Shown in pieces: positions 37,207 through 46,851 of a DNA stretch of 64,000 nt. The notes below the pieces were generated by a model. The model did no database searches. It worked only from the letters and a program-made list of their open reading frames with translations, and was not told where the DNA came from. How positions within the stretch are numbered: position 1 is the stretch's first letter; each line of letters starts with the position of its first letter. Position numbers and translations under genes: made by a program. Source of the DNA: Clostridia bacterium (GTDB lineage: Bacteria > Bacillota > Clostridia > Oscillospirales > CAG-272). The DNA is taken from positions 14,238 to 78,237 of the forward strand of contig JAFYMF010000005.1 of the NCBI GenBank assembly GCA_017556745.1, in the 5' to 3' direction.

Positions 37207-38724
37207 CTACTCTTTAAATGCAAGCTCATTAAGGTTCTTGATGCACATCTTCATAATTCTGTTCTTGGAAGCAAGATTCTTTGTGAACTCGGTGATCTTA
37301 TTATTTTCTACAGGATATCTGTAAAGGAATGCACCAATCTCACTGGTATGCGCAACGTATACAAGTCCGGCATCAACTCTGGTATTAGAAACGATCATGT
37401 CAAACATGGTTCTTGACTGAGGATCACTCAGATATTTACCCTTAAGTACAACTTCTGAATAGATTGGCATTACCTTACGCCAAGACTCAGCACAAAGCAC
37501 CTCAAGAAGTGCAGTAGCCTTTTCTGGATTTGTGTTTGTTTTAGGAACGGAATATGTCTGGAACACCTCAAAAGGCATTGAATAATATTCACTCTGCTTC
37601 TCGTCATATTTGGGCATGGGAAGTATACCGTAATCATCACGCATGTTACGGAAAATTTGTGCTTCAGCACACGCAAGCTTCTGTGTGATCATAAAAGCAT
37701 TACCTGACACGAACAGATCATCTGCATCACTGGTACCCGCTATATCGCTAAAAGAACCTTTACCGTAGCAAAGAGCCAATATCTTGCTTAAGCCGTCATA
37801 TGCCTTTTCTTCATTAAGGGTGAACTCAAATTCCCCATCATCGTTTTTGGAAAGAATATCAATATCAAAAGCACTGAAGTAGGCATCGGTAGACCAATAT
37901 TTGGGAGAACAAAAACCGTATTCGTCCTCTTTATCACGCACGTCATCGCCGTTAACATCTCGGTACATATCTGATACAAGCTGTGTCTGGTAATCAATAG
38001 TCCAACGGCCATCGTTTACAACATCATAAAGGTTCTCTACCTTCTGCTCTTCAGCAATTCTCTTATTAAAGAAAGTAGCATGTATGGAACGAGTCATTGA
38101 CAGCGACAACGACCCCGCAAGAACATAGATATTATCGTTGGCGCTAACCTCATCTAAAAACTGTCTTGACCACCAAGGTGCATCAAAATCAATATAATTG
38201 TTTTCAAGTGCATTAATATTTCTGAAATACCCGCCAAGAGCGAGATCAAGTGCTCCTGCAACAGTAAAACCGACAACCTGGTAAACATCCTCATCCGCAA
38301 AATGTGTCTTCTCAAGCAATTGTTTAATATCAGATGCATCTGCTTGTTCACTTACAATTTTACAATTAAGACGCTCCATAGCATACATGTTACGATTATA
38401 AATAGAATCGCTGAGAGGATCGCTTGTAAGCTCGTCTACCCAAAGCTCATTGTCGTATACATATCTAAGCGAAGTAGACGTTTCGTCCTTTACAAGTGTA
38501 AGAAAACGGATAGTCTCTCCCTCGAAGTTAAGAGCAGGCACACTGTCCTCAAGATCACGATAAAGCGTAGCAATTCCGTTTGGATTTTCAGTCTTCTGTT
38601 CGGTAGTTACAGATGTGTTTTCTTTATCTTTGTTGCTATCGGAGTCTCCGGAAGAACAAGCAATCACAGAAAGAAGAAATACAAAAAGAAGCATAGACGA
38701 GAGAATTCTTAGTGTCAATTTCAT
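37207..38724 (-). CDS. SBP-like lipoprotein paralog 4
   Basis: Lipobox LLSVIACSS and the same conserved blocks. I chose the start at MKLTLRIL (ATG 38724, AGAGGT RBS). The track start at 38778 adds 18 residues ahead of the signal peptide. Confidence 0.6.
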   Translation of the reverse strand: MKLTLRILSSMLLFVFLLSVIACSSGDSDSNKDKENTSVTTEQKTENPNGIATLYRDLEDSVPALNFEGETIRFLTLVKDETSTSLRYVYDNELWVDELTSDPLSDSIYNRNMYAMERLNCKIVSEQADASDIKQLLEKTHFADEDVYQVVGFTVAGALDLALGGYFRNINALENNYIDFDAPWWSRQFLDEVSANDNIYVLAGSLSLSMTRSIHATFFNKRIAEEQKVENLYDVVNDGRWTIDYQTQLVSDMYRDVNGDDVRDKEDEYGFCSPKYWSTDAYFSAFDIDILSKNDDGEFEFTLNEEKAYDGLSKILALCYGKGSFSDIAGTSDADDLFVSGNAFMITQKLACAEAQIFRNMRDDYGILPMPKYDEKQSEYYSMPFEVFQTYSVPKTNTNPEKATALLEVLCAESWRKVMPIYSEVVLKGKYLSDPQSRTMFDMIVSNTRVDAGLVYVAHTSEIGAFLYRYPVENNKITEFTKNLASKNRIMKMCIKNLNELAFKE

Positions 38725-38827
38725 GATAGTACCTCTATTTATTCTTAATATTCGAAAGCAATTTAACTTTAACAACAATGTTTAGGCAATGGTAACTGCG
38801 TTAATTTTCATTCTGGATTGGTGCAAA

Positions 38828-40333
38828 TCAATCGTCAAACACCGATTCGTTAAGAAGCTTTACATACATCGGCATTTTTCTCTTTATTTTCTCAAGATTA
38901 GAAGCAAAATTCTCAGGTTGATTTCTCTCAATAGGAAATCTGTAGAGGTGGGAGCCGATCTCGCCTATCCTTCTGTAATACATAAGCCCTGCATCTATTT
39001 TGGTATTGTTGATAATCATATCAAACATTTTTCTCGACTGGGGATCACTGAGGTATTTTCCTTTTAAGACGATCTCCGAGTATGTAGGAATGATCTTTCG
39101 CCAGGTTTCTGCAGAAAGTGCCTCAAGAATTGCACTTGCCATCCCTGTATTACGACAGGTTTTTGGGATCATATATGTCTGGAATATCTCATAGGGCATA
39201 GAATAATATTCTTCCTGCTTCTTATCAAACTTCGGCATGGGGATTATGCCGTAGTCATCCTGCATATTACGAAAAGTAACTGTCTCAGCACAAGCAAGCT
39301 TTTGGGTGATCATAAATGTCTCACCGGAAGCGAACATCCTCTCGACATCGCTGTCATCGATATTTTCACCGTGAGCACCGTCACCGTAGCTGAGATTATA
39401 TATCTTCTGGAAACCATCATAAGCCTTTTCCTCATTCAGAGAAAACTCAAATCTTCCGTCATCATCAAATGAAAGAATCGTCAAGTTAAAAGCACTCCAG
39501 TATGAATCAACAGCCCAGTAGAATGACGTTGCATATCCAAACCTGTCACCGATATTTTTAGTGGTGCTTCCGTCAAGGTCTCGATACATATTCGATACAA
39601 GCTCAGTCTGATAATCGATAGTCCAGCGGCCTTCATTTACAACATTGTATAGGTCCTCGACACCCTCGTCCTCTGCTATTCGCTTATTAAAGAAGGTAGC
39701 ATGGATAGAACGGATCATTGACAGAGATAGCGAACCGGCAAGAACATATACACGATCGTCTGCCGCTATCGATTCAAAAAACTGTCCCGACCACCAAGGC
39801 GCATCAAATTCTATATAGTCTGTATCAAGATTGTTCAGGTCACAGAAATATCCATCAAGGCTCTTTGCCAAAGATTCTGCGGCCTCATATCCGATAATCT
39901 GATATACATCGTCATCCGCATTGAAGTGCTTCTCGATAGTTGACGAAACGGTAGATGCACTGGCAAGTTCATCTACGATCTTACAGTTAAACCGTTCCAT
40001 AACATACATATTACGGTTGTATATAGAATCTTTGAGCGGATCACTGGTAAGCTCCTCGACCCATATCTCATCGTTATATACTTCACCGGTCATATCTCTG
40101 TTCTTGAGAGTAAGGAATCTGATTGTTTCTCCACCGAAATTAAGCTCAGGAAGACTATCCTCGCGTTCACGATAAAGCTCTGAAATCGCCGGTGTCTTCT
40201 GATCTGACACTGTCGTTTCCACTATATTTGACGTTTCGTTATTTTTACTACCGTCACTATCAGACGAGCATGCGCAGAAAGTAAATGTAATAGCTACAAG
40301 AATGATGCCTGAAAGTATTCTCGTCATTTTCAT
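38828..40333 (-). CDS. SBP-like lipoprotein paralog 5 (most divergent)
   Basis: Lipobox TFTFCACSS, with the same conserved blocks: GGETIRFLTL, WVEELTSDPLKDSIYNRN, APWWSGQFF and NMQDDYGIIPMPKFDKKQEEYYSMPYE. Confidence 0.6.
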   Translation of the reverse strand: MKMTRILSGIILVAITFTFCACSSDSDGSKNNETSNIVETTVSDQKTPAISELYREREDSLPELNFGGETIRFLTLKNRDMTGEVYNDEIWVEELTSDPLKDSIYNRNMYVMERFNCKIVDELASASTVSSTIEKHFNADDDVYQIIGYEAAESLAKSLDGYFCDLNNLDTDYIEFDAPWWSGQFFESIAADDRVYVLAGSLSLSMIRSIHATFFNKRIAEDEGVEDLYNVVNEGRWTIDYQTELVSNMYRDLDGSTTKNIGDRFGYATSFYWAVDSYWSAFNLTILSFDDDGRFEFSLNEEKAYDGFQKIYNLSYGDGAHGENIDDSDVERMFASGETFMITQKLACAETVTFRNMQDDYGIIPMPKFDKKQEEYYSMPYEIFQTYMIPKTCRNTGMASAILEALSAETWRKIIPTYSEIVLKGKYLSDPQSRKMFDMIINNTKIDAGLMYYRRIGEIGSHLYRFPIERNQPENFASNLEKIKRKMPMYVKLLNESVFDD

Positions 40334-40421
40334 TATAACTGTCTCCCTTCATTTACATGAGGATATTATTTGAATACTTGGGTTCAGATTACTCTATACG
40401 TATACTTTTATTCAGCTGTAA

Positions 40422-40868
40422 TTATTTAGGTTCCTTCAGACGGTTAAGTTCGTCAAGGAATGTTTTAACATCCTTAAACTCGCGGTAAACCGAAGCAAAT
40501 CTTACGTATGCAACCTCGTCAACTGCTCTCAGATGCTTCATGACCAACTCACCGATCTCTCTGGACTGTATTTCACTCTTGAGAGAATTCTGTATTTCGC
40601 TTTCTATCGCGTTAACAATTTCCTCTGCATTAACAGGCCTCTTCTGGCATGCCTTAAGAATACCGCCAAGAAGTTTTGAACGATCAAAAAGTTCCTTATC
40701 GCCGCTCTTTTTTACTACAATCGTTTGAATTGAGTCTATGATCTCATAGGTAGTGAACCTTTTAAAACAATTGAGACACTCTCTTCGACGTCTGATGCTG
40801 GATCCGTCCTCAACAGGACGAGAATCAAGTACATTGCTTTTAAGATGACCGCATGCAGGACATTTCAT
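40422..40868 (-). CDS. nrdR: Transcriptional repressor NrdR
   Basis: [42 protein letters not shown] gives the zinc ribbon, followed by an ATP-cone. I chose the start at MKCP. The track GTG at 40880 adds 4 residues. Confidence 0.92.
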   Translation of the reverse strand: MKCPACGHLKSNVLDSRPVEDGSSIRRRRECLNCFKRFTTYEIIDSIQTIVVKKSGDKELFDRSKLLGGILKACQKRPVNAEEIVNAIESEIQNSLKSEIQSREIGELVMKHLRAVDEVAYVRFASVYREFKDVKTFLDELNRLKEPK

Positions 40869-41122
40869 AAAGTGTTCCACCTTTCACTTTAATTAAATAA
40901 AATATTGCTATTTTAAGTATACCATATGGGGAATGGAAAGTAAACAAAAAATTCAAAAAAATCGCCTGATTTCGATATTTTTTTCAATTCTACAAAGCAA
41001 TCCGGAAATGTATTCCACATGTTCCTTTTTACTTCACTAAAAACAGCTTTTTGAAATTATTTGACACATATTATCCGCAGTAAGTGTAAAGATATTTGAC
41101 GGTCGCTTTTTCCTTATCAACA

Positions 41123-41151
41123 TTGACAACCCTTATAAAGTGTGATAAAAT
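41123..41151 (+). promoter_or_regulatory. Promoter of the LarA-like/PHP/gnd/kinase operon
   Basis: TTGACA (41123-41128), 17 nt spacer, TAAAAT (41146-41151), with an extended -10 TGa. Confidence 0.6.
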
Positions 41152-41200
41152 AAATCTGATTATGTTATTATATACTGAAGTAATTATTTAGCAGATTGGA

Positions 41201-42466
41201 GTGTCTGAAATTAAAATCACATCTGAAACCGGTCTTTCCCGTAGTGAGATTGAAGTTGCTCTACGCGAGTCTATCAAAGACCGTTCACTGAAAAAAGTTC
41301 TTCTTCTTCCACCCGATTATACCCGTATGTATTCCGGTGCCGGAATAATAACAAATATTTACTATAATATGCTCAAGGACAGCTGTGAGGTAGACATAAT
41401 GCCGGCTCTCGGCACTCATGAGCCAATGACCCGTGAGGAATGTACTGCATTCTTCGGAGAGGATGTCCCCTTTGAGAAAATCCTCGTACACAACTGGCGT
41501 ACCGATGTTGTAAAACTTGGTGAGGTTCCCGCTGAATTCGTCTCCCAAGTATCCGAGGGGCTTGTTAACAACAAGGTAGATGTTGAGGTAAACCGCCGTC
41601 TCACCGACCCATCCTACGATCTTATAATTTCTATCGGTCAGGTCGTACCCCACGAGGTTGTCGGTATGGCAAACTACTCAAAGAACATCTTCGTAGGTTG
41701 CGGCGGCAGTAATATGATCAATAGTTCGCATATGCTCGGCGCATTCTACGGAATGGAAAGAATTATGGGTAAGGACTTCTCTCCTGTACGTCGTGTATTC
41801 GACTATGCAGAAGAAACCTTCCTTGCTAACATTCCGCTTATGTACGTACTCACAGTAACCACCAACACTGGTGACGTTACTAATATACACAGTCTTTACA
41901 CAGGACGTTCAAGAGCCAACTTTGAGGCCGCTGTTGCCGACAGTCAGAAAGTAAATCTGACCTATGTTGATCAGCCTCTTAAGAAAGTCGTAGTTTATCT
42001 TGATGAGCGTGAATTCAAGAGCACTTGGCTTGGTAATAAAGCTGTCTACCGTACCCGAATGGCTATTGCCGATGGCGGTGAACTCATTATCCTTGCTCCC
42101 GGTGTACGTAAGTTCGGTGAGGATGATGAAAATGATGCTCTCATCAGGAAGTACGGCTACGTTGGACGCGAGAAAGTGCTTGAGCTTGTAAAGAACCACG
42201 ATGATCTCAAGAACAATCTGTCAGTTGCCGCGCATCTTATCCACGGCTCCTCAGACGGACGTTTTAACATAACCTATGCCACCGAGAAACTCTCCGAGGA
42301 AGATGTAAAGGGTGCCGCATTCGGATACATGCCTTATGCTGAGGCAGCAAAACGCTACGATCCCAAGTCACTTAAAGACGGTTTTAATACACTTTCCGAC
42401 GGTGAGGAGATATTCTACATCAGCAATCCCGCTCTCGGACTGTGGTCATATAACGGTGACAAATAA
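41201..42466 (+). CDS. LarA-like (DUF2088) putative nickel-pincer-dependent 2-hydroxyacid racemase/epimerase
   Basis: LLLPPDYTRM resembles the LarA SDxTR block. ALGTHEPM, VVPHEVVGMANYSKNIFVGCGG and NSSHMLGA match the LarA PH...K...H blocks. Length is 421 aa. The start (GTG 41201) has a poor RBS, so the N-terminus is uncertain. Confidence 0.65.
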   Translation: MSEIKITSETGLSRSEIEVALRESIKDRSLKKVLLLPPDYTRMYSGAGIITNIYYNMLKDSCEVDIMPALGTHEPMTREECTAFFGEDVPFEKILVHNWRTDVVKLGEVPAEFVSQVSEGLVNNKVDVEVNRRLTDPSYDLIISIGQVVPHEVVGMANYSKNIFVGCGGSNMINSSHMLGAFYGMERIMGKDFSPVRRVFDYAEETFLANIPLMYVLTVTTNTGDVTNIHSLYTGRSRANFEAAVADSQKVNLTYVDQPLKKVVVYLDEREFKSTWLGNKAVYRTRMAIADGGELIILAPGVRKFGEDDENDALIRKYGYVGREKVLELVKNHDDLKNNLSVAAHLIHGSSDGRFNITYATEKLSEEDVKGAAFGYMPYAEAAKRYDPKSLKDGFNTLSDGEEIFYISNPALGLWSYNGDK

Positions 42467-43314
42467 TGAGTGAAAAATACATTGACCTTCATACTCATAC
42501 AGTACATAGCGACGGTTCTATGACCCCCACCGAGGTTGTCGAGGAAGCGGCGCGTGCGGGACTTGCCGCAATCGCGGTATCTGACCATGACTGCATGGAC
42601 GGTGTGGAGGAAGCACTTGAGGCTGGTAAGCGATTAGGTGTTGAAGTAATACCCGCCGTTGAACTTTCAGTTCAGAGTGAAACAGAGACACACATTCTCG
42701 GTTACTGCATTGATATACATAACAAGGCAATGGTAGACAAGCTTGAAGAGGTCAAGCGGGTTCGTGTCACCAGAAACGAGGAAACCTGTGAAAATCTTCG
42801 CCGTCTCGGCTTTGACGTAACTATGGATGAGGCTTTGGCACTTGCTCCCGGCGGACTTATTGGTCGTGCCCATTTTGCAAGGGTTATGGCTAACAAGGGT
42901 TACGTTTCTTCTGTCAAAGAAGCATTTGACCTTTATCTCGCTAACGGACGTCCCGGATATTCAAACACTCAGTGTCTTACCCCAGAGGAGGGTGTTGAGT
43001 TGATAAAGGAAGCCGGCGGCGGTGCATTTGTTGCTCATTTGCACCTGATAAAGATAGCTGACGATCCCCTGAGAGAGTTTCTCAAGAGACTCATGAATGT
43101 GGGACTTGACGGTATCGAGGGTTATTACACCGAATATACACCCTATATGGAGGCAAGATATCAAGCTATGGCAAGAGAGCTTGGGCTCATGATGTCCGGC
43201 GGTACCGACTTCCACGGTAAAATGAAGCCACATATTTCAATAGGATGCGGTCTCGGTGAAATGAAAATACCATACGCTCTCGCAGAAAACATAATAAACA
43301 AATTCGGCAGATAA
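42466..43314 (+). CDS. PHP-domain phosphoesterase, TrpH/YciV-like, copy 1
   Basis: IDLHTHTVHSDGSMTP, AVSDHDCMDG, IPAVELSV, THILGY, FVAHLH and SGGTDFHG form the canonical PHP motif set. The ATG overlaps the LarA-like stop as TAATG. Confidence 0.85.
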   Translation: MSEKYIDLHTHTVHSDGSMTPTEVVEEAARAGLAAIAVSDHDCMDGVEEALEAGKRLGVEVIPAVELSVQSETETHILGYCIDIHNKAMVDKLEEVKRVRVTRNEETCENLRRLGFDVTMDEALALAPGGLIGRAHFARVMANKGYVSSVKEAFDLYLANGRPGYSNTQCLTPEEGVELIKEAGGGAFVAHLHLIKIADDPLREFLKRLMNVGLDGIEGYYTEYTPYMEARYQAMARELGLMMSGGTDFHGKMKPHISIGCGLGEMKIPYALAENIINKFGR

Positions 43315-43323
43315 GTATTTAAA

Positions 43324-44181
43324 ATGGACATAAAACTTGCAGACCTACATCTGCACACCACTTGCAGTGACGGTTCTATGACACCAATCGAGCTTGTTCG
43401 ACACGCCTATGAATCAGGTCTCTCAGCCATTGCTATTACAGACCACGACTGTGTTGACGGGGTTGAAGAAGCTATCGAAGAAGGATCGCGTCTGGGAATC
43501 ACTGTTATCCCCGGAATAGAGATATCTGTGGCAAGTGCTACTGAGACTCATATTCTCGGGTACGGTATAGATATACACAGCAAATTTTTGTCAAGCAAAC
43601 TGCAGGATATAAAGGAAGTGCGGCGAGTACGAAACGCTGATATGTGCGACAAGCTCCGTGACCTCGGATTTGAGATAACTCTTGACGAGGTAAAGGAGAA
43701 TGCAACAGGTGATCTTTTCGGCAGTACACACTTTGCGGCAACTCTTCTGAAAAAAGGTTACGTTTCTTCAATGAAGGAAGCCTTTGATAAATATCTTGCA
43801 GCCGGACGGCCGGCCCACGCAGAGGCACAATGCCTATCCCCCGAGGAAGGTATTGAGCTGATAAAAAAAGCAGGAGGCGGCGCGTTCCTGGCACATCCAC
43901 ATCTTATCAGAATAGACGATGCAGCACTTAAAGAATTTGTATCATTTCTATACGATGCCGGACTTGACGGAATTGAAGGTTACTATACTGACTATACTCC
44001 TGAAATGGAAGAAAAATTCCACCGGATAGCCGGTGAATTTGGGCTTATGATCTCCGGAGGAAGTGACTTCCATGGTTCAATGAAGCCTCACATAAAAATA
44101 GGACAAGGTCTTGGCAATATGCGTATTCCCTACTCTGTTGCCGAGTCTATAATAAACAAATTTGAAGAAATATATCTTTGA
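43324..44181 (+). CDS. PHP-domain phosphoesterase, TrpH/YciV-like, copy 2 (tandem paralog)
   Basis: ADLHLHTTCSDGSMTP, AITDHDCVDG, IPGIEISV, THILGY, FLAHPH and SGGSDFHG. It is collinear with copy 1 along its full length. Confidence 0.85.
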   Translation: MDIKLADLHLHTTCSDGSMTPIELVRHAYESGLSAIAITDHDCVDGVEEAIEEGSRLGITVIPGIEISVASATETHILGYGIDIHSKFLSSKLQDIKEVRRVRNADMCDKLRDLGFEITLDEVKENATGDLFGSTHFAATLLKKGYVSSMKEAFDKYLAAGRPAHAEAQCLSPEEGIELIKKAGGGAFLAHPHLIRIDDAALKEFVSFLYDAGLDGIEGYYTDYTPEMEEKFHRIAGEFGLMISGGSDFHGSMKPHIKIGQGLGNMRIPYSVAESIINKFEEIYL

Positions 44182-44200
44182 AGGAAGGTAAAAGATAAAA

Positions 44201-45652
44201 ATGAAAAAATCTGACATCGGACTTATCGGTCTTGCCGTAATGGGCGAGAACTTGGTCATGAACATGGAGAGCAAGGGTTTTACCGTTTCGGTATACAACC
44301 GTACCACCGAAAAGGTAAAGAACTTTGTTGAGGGACGTGCAAACGGCAAGAACATTGTCGGTACTTATTCTCTTGAGGAGCTTGTTGCTTCTCTTGAAAA
44401 GCCCCGCAAGGTCATGATGATGATCAAGGCAGGCGAGGCCGTTGACAATATGATCGAACAGCTTATCCCCATGCTTGAGGAAGGCGACATTATTATTGAT
44501 GGTGGTAACTCCCACTTCCCCGATACCGCTCGCCGTACTGCATACGTTGAGTCCAAGGGTCTTCTTTACATCGGTACCGGTGTTTCCGGCGGTGAAGAGG
44601 GTGCGCTTAAGGGTCCCAGCATGATGCCCGGCGGTTCTCCCGCGGCTTGGCCGTCTGTAAAGCCTATTCTTCAGGCGATTTGCGCTAAAGTAGAAAACGG
44701 TGCTCCCTGTTGTGACTGGGTTGGTGAGAACGGTGCCGGTCACTTCGTTAAAATGGTGCACAACGGTATCGAATACGGCGATATGCAGCTTATCTGCGAG
44801 GCATATCAGCTTATGCGTGACTATCTCGGTCTTACCGCTGACGAGATGCATGAGATCTTCGCTGAGTACAACAAGGGCGACCTTGACAGCTATCTTATAG
44901 AGATCACCCGCGACATCCTTGCATACAAGGATACCGACGGTTCTCCCATCGTTGAGAAGATTCTTGACACCGCAGGACAGAAGGGTACCGGTAAGTGGAC
45001 CGGTATTGCCGCTCTTGATGAGGGTGTTCCGCTTACCCTTATCGGTGAAGCAGTATTCTCCCGTTGTCTCAGTGCTATCAAAGAAGAGCGCGTTGCCGCA
45101 TCCAAGGTACTCACCGGTCCCACTCCCAAGTTTGAGGGCGACAAGGCTCAGTTCATTTCCGACATAAAGGATGCTCTCTTTGCAGCTAAGATCGTTTCCT
45201 ACGCTCAGGGTTATACCCTTATGCGTGCCGCAGCAAAGACTTACGGCTGGAACCTCAACTACGGCGGAATTGCTCTTATGTGGAGAGGCGGATGTATTAT
45301 CAGAAGTGTTTTCCTTGGCAAGATCAAGGAAGCATTCGACCGTGATCCCGGTCTCACCAATCTTCTCCTTGATCCTTATTTCAAGGATATTATGGACAAG
45401 GCTCAGGCAGGCTGGCGTCGTGTTTGTGCAGCTGCTATCACCAACGGTATTCCTGCTCCCGCTATGACCACCGCTCTTTCCTACTTCGACGGCTACCGTG
45501 CAGAGAGACTCCCTGCTAACCTTCTTCAGGCACAGCGCGACTATTTCGGCGCACACACCTATGAGAGAGTTGATGCTCCCCGTGGACAGTTCTTCCACAC
45601 CAACTGGACCGGTGAGGGTGGAGACACCGCCGCATCCAACTACGTGGTCTGA
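44201..45652 (+). CDS. gnd: 6-phosphogluconate dehydrogenase (decarboxylating)
   Basis: [61 protein letters not shown] and [14 protein letters not shown]. Length is 483 aa. Confidence 0.93.
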   Translation: MKKSDIGLIGLAVMGENLVMNMESKGFTVSVYNRTTEKVKNFVEGRANGKNIVGTYSLEELVASLEKPRKVMMMIKAGEAVDNMIEQLIPMLEEGDIIIDGGNSHFPDTARRTAYVESKGLLYIGTGVSGGEEGALKGPSMMPGGSPAAWPSVKPILQAICAKVENGAPCCDWVGENGAGHFVKMVHNGIEYGDMQLICEAYQLMRDYLGLTADEMHEIFAEYNKGDLDSYLIEITRDILAYKDTDGSPIVEKILDTAGQKGTGKWTGIAALDEGVPLTLIGEAVFSRCLSAIKEERVAASKVLTGPTPKFEGDKAQFISDIKDALFAAKIVSYAQGYTLMRAAAKTYGWNLNYGGIALMWRGGCIIRSVFLGKIKEAFDRDPGLTNLLLDPYFKDIMDKAQAGWRRVCAAAITNGIPAPAMTTALSYFDGYRAERLPANLLQAQRDYFGAHTYERVDAPRGQFFHTNWTGEGGDTAASNYVV

Positions 45653-45673
45653 TAAAGAAAGGCGGATACAAAG

Positions 45674-46750
45674 ATGAAAGAACTCAGAAAAAACTGTAAA
45701 TATTCCCTTGTAGTGCCCACCAGTATGGGTGTTCGTATCACTCCTGAGAACGGTCAGCCCGTTCAGGCAAGTGATATGTTCCGTATGCAGGCAACCAGTG
45801 CAGAGACCAATGTTGCAAGCATCTCCTCTTACCTCGGTCTCCCCGTTAAAGTACTTACCAAGTTCGTTAAGGGCAGTCCCATTGCCGCTTTCATCAAGAG
45901 CAATCTCCGTGCCCGCGGAATGGATTTTGAGGGTAAGGAAGTTGAGCAGGGTGGTCCTTGGGGTTACCGTCATCAGTTTAACATCGCTGACAGCGGCTAC
46001 GGTACCCGTGGTCCTCGTGTTCACAACGATCGCGCTGGCGAAGTGGGACGTACTCTTTCCATTGACGATTTCGATCTTGAGAGAATTTTCGGCGAGGAGG
46101 GCGTTCAGATTCTTCACCTCTCCGGTCTTATAGGCGCACTTTCCGCAGACACCAGTAAGTTCTGCCTTGAGCTTGCACGTGCTGCAAAGAAGTACGGCAC
46201 TCTCATCTCCTTTGACCTTAACTACCGTGCATCCTTCTGGGAAGGCAGAGAAAAGGAGCTTCACGATATTTTCACCGAGATCGCAAGCATCTCCGATATC
46301 CTCATCGGTAACGAGGAGGATTTCCAGCTTTCTCTCGGCATAGAGGGTCCTGAGGCAGGCGGTAAGGATATCGCATCCAAGATCGAGAGCTTCAAGGAAA
46401 TGACCGCAAGAGTAAAGAAAGCATTCCCTGGTACCTCGGTATTCGCTACTACTCTCCGTCAGGTTATCAACGTAAACAGCCACCTTTGGGGTGCTATCAC
46501 CCTTGTTGGTGACGAGTGGTACATCGAGGAGCCCCGTGAGATCCGCGTTCTTGATAGAATCGGCGGCGGCGACGGTTTCGTTGGCGGTCTTCTCTACTCC
46601 ATCCTTCGCGGTTGGGAGCCTGAGAAGTGGGTACAGTTCGGCTGGGCAACCGGCGCTATGGCTACCACCTTCCTTACCGACTATGCACAGCCTGCAGATG
46701 AAGAGCAGGTTTGGAGCATCTGGGGCGGTAATGCAAGAGTAAAGAGATAA
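45674..46750 (+). CDS. PfkB-family sugar(-acid) kinase, KdgK-like long form
   Basis: The PfkB signature DRIGGGDGFVGGLLYSIL lies near the C-terminus, with FDLNYRASFW also present. Length is 358 aa. Substrate is not determinable from sequence. Confidence 0.75.
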   Translation: MKELRKNCKYSLVVPTSMGVRITPENGQPVQASDMFRMQATSAETNVASISSYLGLPVKVLTKFVKGSPIAAFIKSNLRARGMDFEGKEVEQGGPWGYRHQFNIADSGYGTRGPRVHNDRAGEVGRTLSIDDFDLERIFGEEGVQILHLSGLIGALSADTSKFCLELARAAKKYGTLISFDLNYRASFWEGREKELHDIFTEIASISDILIGNEEDFQLSLGIEGPEAGGKDIASKIESFKEMTARVKKAFPGTSVFATTLRQVINVNSHLWGAITLVGDEWYIEEPREIRVLDRIGGGDGFVGGLLYSILRGWEPEKWVQFGWATGAMATTFLTDYAQPADEEQVWSIWGGNARVKR

Positions 46751-46762
46751 CTGTAATAAAAA

Positions 46763-46790
46763 ATCGTGCTTGCACAAGCACGATTTTTTT
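46763..46790. terminator. Bidirectional terminator between convergent genes
   Basis: atcgtgctt-gcac-aagcacgat is a 9-bp stem flanked by AAAAA and TTTTTTT. Confidence 0.8.
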
Positions 46791-46851
46791 ATTATCTGAA
46801 GAAACGACCTCAGCAAACTGCTGAAGACCGTTCTTTTTTGTTTTCGATTTT

